NCBI GenBank assembly: GCA_965247115.1
Contig: CBDFGR010000002.1
Location: forward strand, 288,001 to 352,000
Direction of reading: 5' to 3'
DNA length: 64,000 bases
Origin: Myxococcota bacterium
GTDB lineage: Bacteria; Myxococcota_A; UBA9160; SZUA-336
In this document: in pieces, positions 29,142 to 38,891 of the stretch
How positions within the stretch are numbered: position 1 is the stretch's first letter
Layout of the letters: each line of letters starts with the position of its first letter
Notes under the pieces: model-generated
The model's database searches: none
Told to the model about the DNA's origin: nothing
The model's input: only the letters and a program-made list of their open reading frames with translations
Program-made: the position numbers and the translations under genes

Positions 29142-29270
29142 CGTGTCTCCCGTCGGTAGTGTGATCCCATTCTACCCGGACCGGACGAGTGGCAGGGCCG
29201 ATAGGTCCGGCGGTCCGCCGTCCAGTTCCTGATACAATCTGCGGCGCATGCATGGAGCTCCCCGACGGAG

Positions 29271-29702
29271 GTGCCTTCGTTGACGCAAACAGACCAAAAG
29301 CCCAAACCGCGCGCGTCAGATGTTGAACGATTTGTCGACAGCGTCCAACACCCGGGTCGTCGCGAAGACGCGCGCGTGCTCCTCGACCTCATGCAGGAGG
29401 TCACAGGAGAGCCGCCGGCGAGACACGGATCTGCCATCGGCTTCGGGAGCTATCACTACCGCTACGAAAGCGGCCGTGAAGGTGATTCCGTGCTCGTCGG
29501 GTTCGCGCCACGGAAGGCCAACATGGTTGTCTACATCATGCCGGGCTTTTCCGAGTATGGAGATCTGCTGTCAAAACTCGGGAAGCATCGAACCGGGAAG
29601 TCCTGTCTGTATCTCGGAAGGCTCGATGCCATCGACCTGAAGGTTCTACGGCGCCTGATCAAACAATCAGTGAGCTTCATGCGGCGTAAATACCGTCGCT
29701 GA
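29271..29702 (+). CDS. DUF1801 domain protein
   Basis: IGFGSYHYRYESGREGD, GFAPRK, LGKHRTGKSCLY. Confidence 0.88.
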   Translation: MPSLTQTDQKPKPRASDVERFVDSVQHPGRREDARVLLDLMQEVTGEPPARHGSAIGFGSYHYRYESGREGDSVLVGFAPRKANMVVYIMPGFSEYGDLLSKLGKHRTGKSCLYLGRLDAIDLKVLRRLIKQSVSFMRRKYRR

Positions 29703-29713
29703 GCAATCGCGGT

Positions 29714-30241
29714 TTGAAGCCAGAGGTCACACTCGCAGGGGATGGATTCCAGCTTCGGGCGTGGGAGCTGGACGATGCCCCGTCGGTGGCCAGGTACGCG
29801 AACAACCGCAAGGTCTGGATCAACCTCACCGACCGCTTCCCCCATCCCTACGACCTCGAGAACGCACGCGAGTGGCTTCGTCGGCACGAGACGGGGGAGG
29901 ATCCGGAGCTCGCCTTCGCGATCCAGATCGGGGATGAGGCCGTCGGATCGATCGGCGTGCTGCGCAAGGACGACCTCGAGGTGCGGGTCGGGGAGATCGG
30001 CTACTGGCTCGGCGAGCCCTTCTGGGGCCGGGGGATCGCGACGAGCGCAGTAACGCTCGTCACGGACTATGGATTCGCGAACCTGGACCTGGTGCGGATC
30101 TACGCGACCGTACTCGAGTGGAATCTCGCGTCGGCGCGCGTACTGGAAAAGGCGGGTTACGAGCTCGAGGCCACGCTTCGCAAGGGCGCCTTCAAGGACG
30201 GCAAGGTCGTCGACTCGCTGCTGTATGCGCGAGTGCGCTAG
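29714..30241 (+). CDS. GNAT N-acetyltransferase (RimJ/RimL family)
   Basis: FPHPY, EIGYWLGEPFWGRG, NLASARVLEKAG. Confidence 0.92.
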   Translation: MKPEVTLAGDGFQLRAWELDDAPSVARYANNRKVWINLTDRFPHPYDLENAREWLRRHETGEDPELAFAIQIGDEAVGSIGVLRKDDLEVRVGEIGYWLGEPFWGRGIATSAVTLVTDYGFANLDLVRIYATVLEWNLASARVLEKAGYELEATLRKGAFKDGKVVDSLLYARVR

Positions 30242-30301
30242 CGCTCAGGCAGCCTACGCCCAATCCGACGAGGAAAGACAAATGAAATCAAACGATCGTG
30301 A

Positions 30302-30321
30302 TGGAGGTGGCGGGAATCGAA
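30302..30321 (-). other. tmRNA (ssrA)/tRNA 3'-end fragment, att-site-like remnant
   Basis: Minus strand reads TTCGATTCCCGCCACCTCCA, matching the T-loop/acceptor end of tmRNA; intergenic. Confidence 0.6.
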
Positions 30322-30385
30322 GACCGTGCCGCCGCCGAACCTCTACCGTGCTATAACCGCAGACTCGGTTCGTAGCCGCCCATTC

Positions 30386-32602
30386 ATGCCTGACACCATG
30401 CCTGCCACGCTCGGCACCTCGAATCCCGCGATCCGCACGCTGTTGCTGTGCGATCTCGTCGCCAGCACGCAACTCGTCGAGCGCATCGGGGACTCGACCG
30501 CTGCCGATTTGCTGGCGCGTCATGACCGCTTCGCACGTGACCTCGTGTCCACGTTCAACGGCAGAGAAATCGACAAGAGCGATGGCTTCCTCCTGCTGTT
30601 CGAGCGGCCCATCGAGGCGGTTCGTTTCGCGCTCGCCTATCAAGCCAAGCTGCGCGAGCTTGGCGCCGTGTTCGATTCGGCCATGGCCTCGCGGGTCGGT
30701 ATTCACCTCGGCGAAGTTGTGCTTCGCGAGAACCCGCCCGAGGATGTGGCGCGCGGCGCGAAGCCTCTGGAGGTCGAGGGACTGGCCAAAGCGGTTGCAG
30801 CGCGTGTCATGTCTCTTGCGGGCAACGGACGCATCTTGCTCACCCGTGCAGCGTACGACTTCGCACGGCGCGCCTCGGTGGGCATGAAGGATGAATCGCC
30901 GCTGCGTTGGGCCGAGCATGGGCGCTATCGCCTTGCCGGGGTCGAGGATCTCGTCGAGGTGTGCGAGGTCGCGGAGCCGGGGGGAGGAGACCTGGCGCGG
31001 CCACCCGACTCGGAGAAAGCGCATCGTGCAGTCGATGAAGATCCGCCGCCAGCTGTCCTCGATGCTGCACAGTCCGTGGCGCTCTCGACCGATCATGCGA
31101 ATACGACTGTGTCCGCGGAGCCCGTTCTCGCCGTCCTGGCCTTCGACAACCTATCGAGCGATCCCGAGATGCAGTTTTTCTCGGACGGCGTCAGCGAGGA
31201 GATCATTCAGCGCCTGTCACGCGGGGCAAAGCTCAAGGTGATCGGCCGTACGTCGAGCTTCCAGTTTCGCGGCGAACGCAAGGCCGAAGCGGCGCGGAGC
31301 CTCGATTGCTCTCACGTCCTCGATGGCTCCATCCGCCGGGCCGGAGGGCGCGCGCGCATCAGTGCACATCTGGTCGAGGCGTCGTCGCGGACCACGTTAT
31401 GGTCGGAGCGCTACGACCGCAGCCTGGAGGACATATTCGCCGTCCAGGATGAGATATCCGAGAGCATCGCCGGCGCGCTCGATCAGGCGTTCTCCAGCTT
31501 CTCGACCAGCGCCGTCGACCCGGCCGTCTACGACCTCTATCTGCGCGCCAGCCCGAAATCCTACGCGCCGGACGAGCTGCGGACCCAGGTCGGCCTTCTG
31601 GAGGTCGTCACCCAGAGCGCGCCGCATTTTGTGGAGGCCTGGGGCCGGCTGGCGTACTTGCGGGCCTTTCTGCACTTCTATCAGCCCTTTTCCGATCGCG
31701 CCGCGAGCGCCGGCCTGGTAGCGGCCGAGGCGGCCCGCGCCCTGGCGCTCGATCCGCAGAACGTCGATGCCATGTGGGGCCAGCTCTTCGTGATCCCGCC
31801 GTTCGGACGGTTCGTCGAGGGCGACGCGGTCGTGGAGCGCATACGACAGGCGCCCGGTCCAGGCGATGGCGGTCGGTACATCGGCTGGTACCTCCGGACG
31901 ATGGGTCGGGTTCGCGAAAGCCTCGAAGAGACAGAGCGCGCATATCGCTTGGACGCGCTGGATCCGATGTCCGCGAATGGCCTCGCGCTCGCGAGAATGG
32001 CCGCAGGACGCGTAGTGGAGGCGGTGCCTGTCTATGAGGACCTCGTGACGCGGGTGCCCGACATGAGCTTCCCCGTGTCGAGCCTGCTCCGGGCCTATGC
32101 TTTCCAGCAAGATTGGGCGGCGGTCGACCGATTGCTGGAGCTTGCAGCGAAGCGCCAGTTGCGTGAGTTCCAGGACGGCCTACCGTTCATCCGCGCCAAG
32201 CGGGACCCCACGCCGCAGAACATCAGCGCTTGGCAGAGCGCTCTTGAAGCGCATGTCAACAAGACGGGATGCGTCGACGTCTCGCGTCTGGTGTATTCAG
32301 CGCATCTGGGCCTTGTCGACGAAGCGTACCGGGCCGCCGAGACCGCCTGCCTGGGACCGATTGGAACCAGCGACGACATGATGGGCCCAGACGGCTACCG
32401 CACGTCGCTGTTGTTCCAGGCTGGAATGCCCGAATTGCGCAACGACGCGCGCTTCGCACGCCTGTGCGGGCGGCTGGGACTCGTCGAGTTCTGGATGGCG
32501 ACGGACAAATGGCCCGATTGCGCCGATGAAGTCCCTTACGATTTCAGAGCCGAGTGCGCAAAAGCGCGGCACACCCCGAAGCAGGATTTCGGGTTCTACT
32601 GA
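30386..32602 (+). CDS. Class III nucleotidyl cyclase-like domain + TolB-like N-terminal domain + TPR region
   Basis: LLLCDLVAST...IDKSDGFLLLF...RVGIHLGEV...GAKPLEVEGLAKAVAAR; VLAFDNLSSDPEMQFFSDGVSEEI; helical repeats. Confidence 0.85.
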   Translation: MPDTMPATLGTSNPAIRTLLLCDLVASTQLVERIGDSTAADLLARHDRFARDLVSTFNGREIDKSDGFLLLFERPIEAVRFALAYQAKLRELGAVFDSAMASRVGIHLGEVVLRENPPEDVARGAKPLEVEGLAKAVAARVMSLAGNGRILLTRAAYDFARRASVGMKDESPLRWAEHGRYRLAGVEDLVEVCEVAEPGGGDLARPPDSEKAHRAVDEDPPPAVLDAAQSVALSTDHANTTVSAEPVLAVLAFDNLSSDPEMQFFSDGVSEEIIQRLSRGAKLKVIGRTSSFQFRGERKAEAARSLDCSHVLDGSIRRAGGRARISAHLVEASSRTTLWSERYDRSLEDIFAVQDEISESIAGALDQAFSSFSTSAVDPAVYDLYLRASPKSYAPDELRTQVGLLEVVTQSAPHFVEAWGRLAYLRAFLHFYQPFSDRAASAGLVAAEAARALALDPQNVDAMWGQLFVIPPFGRFVEGDAVVERIRQAPGPGDGGRYIGWYLRTMGRVRESLEETERAYRLDALDPMSANGLALARMAAGRVVEAVPVYEDLVTRVPDMSFPVSSLLRAYAFQQDWAAVDRLLELAAKRQLREFQDGLPFIRAKRDPTPQNISAWQSALEAHVNKTGCVDVSRLVYSAHLGLVDEAYRAAETACLGPIGTSDDMMGPDGYRTSLLFQAGMPELRNDARFARLCGRLGLVEFWMATDKWPDCADEVPYDFRAECAKARHTPKQDFGFY

Positions 32603-32715
32603 AACCAGGCAAGGCCGCGCTTCAGGCGATGTTTGGACATGAAGTCTGGAAGAGCCTGGTGAAGGCGGGTTTGCCGTCCAGCGGGCTCTCACCCGCACCG
32701 TGGTAGGCTCGCAGC

Positions 32716-33420
32716 GTGCGCGCGATTGCCGAAGACCTCTGGGTCGCGGAGCAACCCCTGCGCTTCGGGCTGCTCCAGCTCGGTTCGCGGATGACGGTGA
32801 TCCGGCTGCGTGATTCGTCTCTTTTGCTCCACTCTCCGATCTCTCTAACGGAGTCGCTGCGCGTAGAGATCGAGCAGCTGGGCTCCGTTCGCTTCGTGGT
32901 CGCACCGAATCGATTCCACCACCTGTTTGCCTCCGCATGGATGGTCAGGTATCCGCAGGCCAGGCTCTATGTCGCGCCGGGTCTCCCGGACAAGCGACCA
33001 GATCTGACTGTCACAGGGGTGCTTCCTCAGGACGCGCCCTATTCGTGGCTCGCGGATCTGGAGTGCATCCTGTTCGAGGGGCTCCCACTCGCGAACGAGG
33101 TCGTCTTCTTCCACAGGAAGACCCGCACGCTGATGTTGTGCGACCTGGCGTTCAACATCGGTCCCGAAGCAGCGTGGCTGACCCGTCTCACATTTCGGTC
33201 CTGGGGTGGTCGCGACAACTTTGGCCCCACGCGGTTTGAACGGCTCATGATCCGCGACCGGCGTGCGGCGAGGCAATCGCTCGAACGCATCCTCAGTCTC
33301 GACTTCGACCGGGTGATCGTCACACACGGAGTCGTTCTGGAGAGCGGCGGACTCGAAGCGATGAGACGTAGCTTCGAGTGGTTGCTGCCCGCCGCGGGTC
33401 CCCGTAGGGGCTTGACGTAA
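32716..33420 (+). CDS. DUF4336 domain (MBL-like) protein
   Basis: RMTVIRL, HSPI, VAPNRFHHL, EVVFFH, TLMLCDL, FDRVIVTHG. Confidence 0.88.
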   Translation: MRAIAEDLWVAEQPLRFGLLQLGSRMTVIRLRDSSLLLHSPISLTESLRVEIEQLGSVRFVVAPNRFHHLFASAWMVRYPQARLYVAPGLPDKRPDLTVTGVLPQDAPYSWLADLECILFEGLPLANEVVFFHRKTRTLMLCDLAFNIGPEAAWLTRLTFRSWGGRDNFGPTRFERLMIRDRRAARQSLERILSLDFDRVIVTHGVVLESGGLEAMRRSFEWLLPAAGPRRGLT

Positions 33421-33436
33421 CGCCCAACCGCCGAAC

Positions 33437-33450
33437 TCAGGTCAGAACGC
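33437..33450 (+). repeat. 14-bp direct repeat TCAGGTCAGAACGC, copy 1
   Basis: Identical to 40202..40215; both copies are intergenic. Confidence 0.6.
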
Positions 33451-33453
33451 TCT

Positions 33454-34245
33454 TCAGTCAAAGACAGCGGAAACAGCACCCAGCCGATCGAATGTCGCCC
33501 TGAAGGACGTGCCTGGCGTGACCTCCTCAGCTCGGCTGAGGCCGCCGGACATTACGAATTCTCCCTTTCTGAGCACAGTCCCGTATTCCGACATTTTATT
33601 TGCAAGCCAAGCCACTGGCTCTGCCGGGTTCCCGAGCGCAGCGGCCCCCGTGGCTGTGGAAACGATGTTTCCATCTTTTTCGAAAACCATACCGGTTAGA
33701 CGAAGATCGATTTCAGGCGTCAGTGGCGTTAGTCTGCCGCCGAGAATGACAATTCCACTGGTGGCATTGTCCGCGATCGCGTCGAGAATGGTCGGTTCTA
33801 AAGTTTTAATTCGAGTATCCTTCACTTCCAACAGTGGCAAGACGCCCTCGGTTGCAGCCAGGACATCGATCGCCGTAACGCCCGGCCCTTTGAGATCGTC
33901 CTTTAGCAAGAAGCCAATTTCAGCTTCTATCCGAGGTACGATCATCTTTTTTGTGGAAATCGTCTCGCCTTCTCCAAATACCTTATGGTGAACGATCACT
34001 CCAAAATCCGGTTCATCGAGACCGATCAGTTCCTGCATGGCTTTGCTGGTTAAACCGATTTTTCGGCCAACGATAACTGCGCCCTCTTTTTCCTTTAGCC
34101 TTATTGTCTCGAACTGGATTCTATACGCATCATCGTAGGTCATATCCGGATGCAGATGGTTAATCGGATCCATCGGCTTGCATGTTTTCTCTGCCTCAAT
34201 CAACTGTAAGGCAATTTTCTCGATGGTTTCGTCGCTAAGAGACAT
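33454..34245 (-). CDS. 2-keto-4-pentenoate hydratase / FAH family (MhpD/HpcG-like)
   Basis: DAYRIQ, GRKIGLTS, EPDFG, PRIEAEIGF, IADNA, ALGNP, VAWLAN; visibly AT-richer than neighbours. Confidence 0.92.
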   Translation of the reverse strand: MSLSDETIEKIALQLIEAEKTCKPMDPINHLHPDMTYDDAYRIQFETIRLKEKEGAVIVGRKIGLTSKAMQELIGLDEPDFGVIVHHKVFGEGETISTKKMIVPRIEAEIGFLLKDDLKGPGVTAIDVLAATEGVLPLLEVKDTRIKTLEPTILDAIADNATSGIVILGGRLTPLTPEIDLRLTGMVFEKDGNIVSTATGAAALGNPAEPVAWLANKMSEYGTVLRKGEFVMSGGLSRAEEVTPGTSFRATFDRLGAVSAVFD

Positions 34246-34433
34246 GCACCCTCCATCCGCGCCCCTGGGGGGGACCGACGAGCTGCCCGGCCCCAGCCTA
34301 TCCCGGCCGCTAGAACGTGTCGAGCGGCCCTTCGCCCTCACGACGGGCCGGTCGAATTCATGGGGGCAAGCGCGTATCGTATCGCAATGAACAAGCGCCC
34401 CTGGCAGCCTGTATCCCTATAGGAGAAACCGCC

Positions 34434-35372
34434 ATGCCGATCGAAAAATCAGTCGAGATGCCAGGCTACGACCCGCGTGACTTCGTCGGGTACGGCCGGA
34501 ACCCGCCCCACCCGCGCTGGCCCGGAAACGCCCGTATCGCAGTGAATATCGCGCTCAACTATGAGGCTGGGGGCGAGGAGAGCGTCCTGGAAGGCGACGA
34601 GCAGTCCGAGACTGTCCTCACCGACTTGCCCGGGGGCAGATACCCCGGAAAACGCCTCCCCTACGTCGAGTCGGTCTTCGAGTATGGCGCTCGCTGCGGC
34701 GCTTGGCGGCTGCTACGCATAATGCGCGAACGGGGGATCAAGTGCAGCTTCTTCGCGGTCGTGCAGGCCATCGAGCGCAATCCCGAGATCGCCATTGCTG
34801 CGGTCGAGGACGGGCACGAGATCGTGAGCCACGACTACCGCTGGATCGACTTGCAGAATGTGCCGGAGGCGCAGGAGCGTGACTACATCCGTCGCGGTGT
34901 AGAGGGAATCGAGCGGATCACCGGGGCGCGTCCCGTGGGCTGGATGAGCGGTCGCCCCAGCATGAACACGCGACGCCTCCTCGTCGAGGAGGGCGGCTTC
35001 CTGTATGACCGCAACAGTCTCGCAGACGAGCTCCCGTTCTGGGTGCGAGTTCACGGCAAGTCGCACCTCTGTGTCCCGTACTCGTTCGAGACCAACGATC
35101 TGCGCTGCAGTGTTCCCGCCGACTTCGTGACCAGCGACGACTACTTCACGTATATGAAGGATGCCTTCGACTGCCTGTACGCCGAGGGCGAGGTGGCGCC
35201 GAAGCTCCTGACCGTGGCCACTCACGATCGTTTGCTCGGGCGGCCTGCGCGGGCCGTCGGCTTCGCACGCTTTCTCGACTATGTCCTCGAGCACGAAGGG
35301 GTATGGTTCGCGCGGGGAGACGAGATCGCGCGGCACTGGATTGAGCGCTTTCCCGCGGACGGAGGCCAGTGA
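34434..35372 (+). CDS. puuE: Allantoinase PuuE-like polysaccharide deacetylase family protein
   Basis: PRDFVGYG..PPHPRWP..ARIAV, NYEAGGE, ESVFEYG, YRWI, H.R..GRP.R, IARHW; SD AGGAG. Confidence 0.8.
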   Translation: MPIEKSVEMPGYDPRDFVGYGRNPPHPRWPGNARIAVNIALNYEAGGEESVLEGDEQSETVLTDLPGGRYPGKRLPYVESVFEYGARCGAWRLLRIMRERGIKCSFFAVVQAIERNPEIAIAAVEDGHEIVSHDYRWIDLQNVPEAQERDYIRRGVEGIERITGARPVGWMSGRPSMNTRRLLVEEGGFLYDRNSLADELPFWVRVHGKSHLCVPYSFETNDLRCSVPADFVTSDDYFTYMKDAFDCLYAEGEVAPKLLTVATHDRLLGRPARAVGFARFLDYVLEHEGVWFARGDEIARHWIERFPADGGQ

Positions 35373-35387
35373 GGCGATGAACTTGCC

Positions 35388-36641
35388 ATGACCGAAGATG
35401 CCGAGCGTCTGACAAGTCAGGGGGCTCCCGGACCCGGACCCGAAGAAACAGCGGAAGGCTCGCTGGCGAGTTGGCTTGCTGTCGCTGGCAGCTTCATGGG
35501 TCTGCTCCTGGGCGCAGGGTTTAGCATCGCAACATTCGGCGTGTTTCTGGTCGCCATTGAAGCGGCAGAGGGATGGAGCCGGACCGAGATCAGCTGGGCA
35601 GGGTCTGTGACTCTAGCGGCCTACGGGCTCACCTCTCCATTCGTGGGCAGCTGGGCCGCGAGGGTCGGCGTCCGCCGCCTCTTCATTGTCGGTTCGGTCG
35701 GAATCGGTATCACGCTGGTATTGGTCAGCTTGGTTCAAGAACTCTGGCAGTACTGGGCAGTGTATGCGTTGCTGGGATTCGTCGCTGCGTTCCTCGGAAT
35801 GGTCCCGATCACTCAGCTGGTATCAGGCTGGTTCACGGTCAAGCGCGGCGTCGCCTTGGGTGTCGCGTTTTCGGGCGTCGGCTTTGCCGGATTCTTGTTG
35901 GCTCCACTCGTAGGCACCATGCTCCACAACATGAGCTGGCGAGACACGTATTGGATGCTCGGACTCGGCATCGGCCTGGCGCTGCTGGTGTTTTCTGTGG
36001 CCACTGTGCGAGACGGGCCCGGGGCCCAAATAGGTGCCGCACAATCCGGAAGCAGCATGCGAGATGCACTCGGCGTAGCGATCGGCAGCCGCGGATTCTG
36101 GCTGGTCGCCCTCTCGGGAGTGCTGTTTTTCGGCCTGTTCCTCAGTGTTGTGGCCTATTCAAAAGCTCTGGCGATCGATCGGGGGATGTCCGACGCAGCG
36201 GGAACCGGCGTTGCTGCACTCGTAGTCGGCATGGGCGCCGTCGGTAAGATTCTGATGGGAGCCCTGGCGGATCGCCACGAAGCCAAGTGGGTCCTGGCCG
36301 GCACCTTCCTCTTGCAAGGCCTGGCGCTGCTCCTCGCGGTCGTCGCGGGTGGGGGCCCCTTGATCTGGGTGTTCGCGATCGCCTTCGGCATTGGGCAGGG
36401 GGGCGCTTTCACGCTTCCCCCGCTCGTTCTGGGAAAGCTCTTCGGAACGAAGTTGCTGGGCGAGCTAGTGGGCCTGTATCTGGTGGCCACGGTTCTTGGT
36501 TCCGTCCTAGGAGCTCCACTCACGGGTGTAATTCGAGATGCCACTGGCGACTACACGGTGCCGCTGATAGGCCTGGCGGTCGCTGCATTCCTCGGCTCAC
36601 TCTGCGCGAGTCTGATTCGGTATGAGGAAAGCCAAGTGTAA
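35388..36641 (+). CDS. MFS transporter (OFA/MCT-like)
   Basis: About 12 hydrophobic segments, WFTVKRGVALG, GALADR. Confidence 0.92.
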   Translation: MTEDAERLTSQGAPGPGPEETAEGSLASWLAVAGSFMGLLLGAGFSIATFGVFLVAIEAAEGWSRTEISWAGSVTLAAYGLTSPFVGSWAARVGVRRLFIVGSVGIGITLVLVSLVQELWQYWAVYALLGFVAAFLGMVPITQLVSGWFTVKRGVALGVAFSGVGFAGFLLAPLVGTMLHNMSWRDTYWMLGLGIGLALLVFSVATVRDGPGAQIGAAQSGSSMRDALGVAIGSRGFWLVALSGVLFFGLFLSVVAYSKALAIDRGMSDAAGTGVAALVVGMGAVGKILMGALADRHEAKWVLAGTFLLQGLALLLAVVAGGGPLIWVFAIAFGIGQGGAFTLPPLVLGKLFGTKLLGELVGLYLVATVLGSVLGAPLTGVIRDATGDYTVPLIGLAVAAFLGSLCASLIRYEESQV

Positions 36642-36672
36642 AGGTCACGAAGGCGGAACGAGAGGGAACACC

Positions 36673-37638
36673 ATGCCACGACGGTACGACGAGAAGAAAC
36701 TCACCATGAGCGATCTCAACGCGATGGCCCAGAAGTGCAGCAACTGGGGTCGCTGGGGTCCGGACGATCAGATCGGTACGCTGAATTTCATCGGTCCCGA
36801 GCAACTCAAGCACGCAGCAACGCTGGTGACCAAGGGGAAGTCCATTTCGCTGGGGCTCGAGTTCAATCAGGACGGACCGCAGACCGGCAATTTCCGTCGC
36901 TTCAACCCCATCCACGTGATGCTAGCCACGGGCACGGACGCAAGCGCGGGTAAGCACACCGAACCCAACATCCAGTACGCCGACGACATGGTCACCATGC
37001 CGCTGCAGTGCGGCACACAGTGGGACGCGCTCAGCCACATCTTCAACAATGGCAAGATGTGGAACGGCTACGACTCAACACTCGTCGATGCCGCCGGGGC
37101 CAAGAAGAACGGCATCGAGAACGTCAAGGCCAAAACAGTGGGTCGCGGCGTGCTCCTCGATGTCGCGCACCAAAACGGCGTGGCCAGCCTAGACGACGGG
37201 ATGGCCATTACCAACGACGATCTCGATGCGACCGCCGCCGCACAAGGAGTGGAGATCCGACCCGGAGACATCATCATCGTCCGCACCGGGCACATGGAGC
37301 GCTGTCTCGCAAAGGGCGACTGGGAGGGCTATCCGGGCGGCGACTCGCCCGGCCTCGCCTTCGAGACAGCCGAGTGGCTTCACTCCAACGACATCGCAGC
37401 GATCTGCACCGACACCTGGGGCGCCGAGGTCCGCCCGAACGAAGTCGCCGAAGCATTCCAGCCCTGGCACTGGGTGGTTATTCCGATGATGGGCGTAACG
37501 GTCGGAGAGATCCTGTATCTGAAGGACATCGCCGAGGATTGCGCCGCCGATGGTGTGTACGAATTCCTATTCTGCGCCCCGCCGATCCCGATTACGGGCG
37601 CGGTGGGCTCGCCGATCAATCCGATCGTGTTGAAGTAA
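36673..37638 (+). CDS. Cyclase family (kynurenine formamidase-like) metal hydrolase
   Basis: NWGRWGPDDQIGTLN, TQWDALSH, GRGVLLD, GDIIIVRTG, GAVGSPINP. Confidence 0.92.
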   Translation: MPRRYDEKKLTMSDLNAMAQKCSNWGRWGPDDQIGTLNFIGPEQLKHAATLVTKGKSISLGLEFNQDGPQTGNFRRFNPIHVMLATGTDASAGKHTEPNIQYADDMVTMPLQCGTQWDALSHIFNNGKMWNGYDSTLVDAAGAKKNGIENVKAKTVGRGVLLDVAHQNGVASLDDGMAITNDDLDATAAAQGVEIRPGDIIIVRTGHMERCLAKGDWEGYPGGDSPGLAFETAEWLHSNDIAAICTDTWGAEVRPNEVAEAFQPWHWVVIPMMGVTVGEILYLKDIAEDCAADGVYEFLFCAPPIPITGAVGSPINPIVLK

Positions 37639-37694
37639 CTGGGCGTAGGGAGAGCAGGCTGCGAGGTTGAGCTCAAGGAGGCACCCTACATCTC

Positions 37695-37720
37695 CCTGAC
37701 CCCGTAGACTCGGGGTCAGG
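37695..37720. repeat. Perfect 10-bp stem-loop CCTGACCCCG-TAGACT-CGGGGTCAGG between convergent genes (REP-like or terminator)
   Basis: Read directly; overlaps the methyltransferase stop; no U-tract. Confidence 0.7.
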
Positions 37721-38339
37721 ACTTCCGGGCGACAATGAAGCGGCTGGGAGGGAAAGGTGGATAGAAGCCGGTTTCGATGATCTCGAAGTCCCTGCTGGTG
37801 ATGATGTCCTCGAGCTCGACGACCTTCAGACACTTGACGTCGGGAACGAGACCCAGAGGTTTCATGACGGCCAGGAGGAGACTCCAGAGACGGCTTTGTT
37901 CGGCAAGGCAGATCGTCTTCGAGATGAACAATCCGCCGGGCTTCAGCAATTCATTGACCCTGTGGACGGCGCCGGGGATGTCCTCGAGCAGGTGCAGGAA
38001 GTTGAAACCCATGACAACGTCAAAGGATCCCTTCTCCAAGTCTTCATCGTACAGAGTGGCTCGATCGAAGCGCACATTCTCCACCTTTTGAGTCACGGCC
38101 TTTTCCCCGGCAATTTCGATCATGCGTGAGGAGATGTCGCTGGCAGTGAATTGCTTCACGCTGGGAGCCAAAAGGAGCGCGGTGGTTCCCGTCCCGCACC
38201 CCACCTCGAGGACGTTGTCGTTTGCAGACAGGTGTTTCCTGGTGCAGTCCAGGGTCTTGTTGTAGCTCTCCATGTCCTTGACGGGCTTCTTCGAGTACTT
38301 GTCAGCAAGCTTGTCCCAGAACCTTGCAGAGTCACGCAT
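37716..38339 (-). CDS. Class I SAM-dependent methyltransferase
   Basis: FWDKLA, VLEVGCGTG, FDVV, LKPGGLFISKT. Confidence 0.93.
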   Translation of the reverse strand: MRDSARFWDKLADKYSKKPVKDMESYNKTLDCTRKHLSANDNVLEVGCGTGTTALLLAPSVKQFTASDISSRMIEIAGEKAVTQKVENVRFDRATLYDEDLEKGSFDVVMGFNFLHLLEDIPGAVHRVNELLKPGGLFISKTICLAEQSRLWSLLLAVMKPLGLVPDVKCLKVVELEDIITSRDFEIIETGFYPPFPPSRFIVARKS

Positions 38340-38432
38340 TGCTTCCTCTACTTTGAAGGGGGGAAATCCTCAGCGTCTTGCAAGCGTACCTCGTGGTAGC
38401 ATCGCAGTCGCATGGTCGAGAGAGGAGTGGCG

Positions 38433-38882
38433 ATGGACTCACTGCAAAGCGACGTGGAAGAAATCCGCAAACTCAAGGCACGCTACTTCCGTCTCATGGA
38501 CCAGAAGCAATGGGCCAAGTGGGAGCATTGTTTCACCGCAGATGTAACGGCGGTCTACGAAGGGCCGCCCCGTCTGAGCCAGACCGACGATCCCAACTCA
38601 ATCGCCCTCGCAGGGCGACGCGAGCTCGTGGCGGGGGTAAGCGGGTTGCTCACCGATGACGTGGTCTCGATCCACCAGGGCTTCATGCCGGAGATTCAGC
38701 TCACGAGCTCGACGAGCGCCACCGGGGTGTGGGCGATGTCCGACTACCTGCGCCTGCCCCGATGCACCTTCAAAGGATGGGGCCACTACAACGAAGACTA
38801 CGTGAAAGAAGCCGACCAGTGGCAAATCAAGAGAATCCACCTCACCCGTCTTCACACCGAGGAAGTCTGGCAGAGCTCCTAA
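38433..38882 (+). CDS. NTF2/SnoaL-like (BaiE-type) protein
   Basis: IRKLKARYFRLMD, HQGFMPEI, ATGVWAMSD, GWGHYNEDY. Confidence 0.9.
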   Translation: MDSLQSDVEEIRKLKARYFRLMDQKQWAKWEHCFTADVTAVYEGPPRLSQTDDPNSIALAGRRELVAGVSGLLTDDVVSIHQGFMPEIQLTSSTSATGVWAMSDYLRLPRCTFKGWGHYNEDYVKEADQWQIKRIHLTRLHTEEVWQSS

Positions 38883-38891
38883 CTAGGAGGC

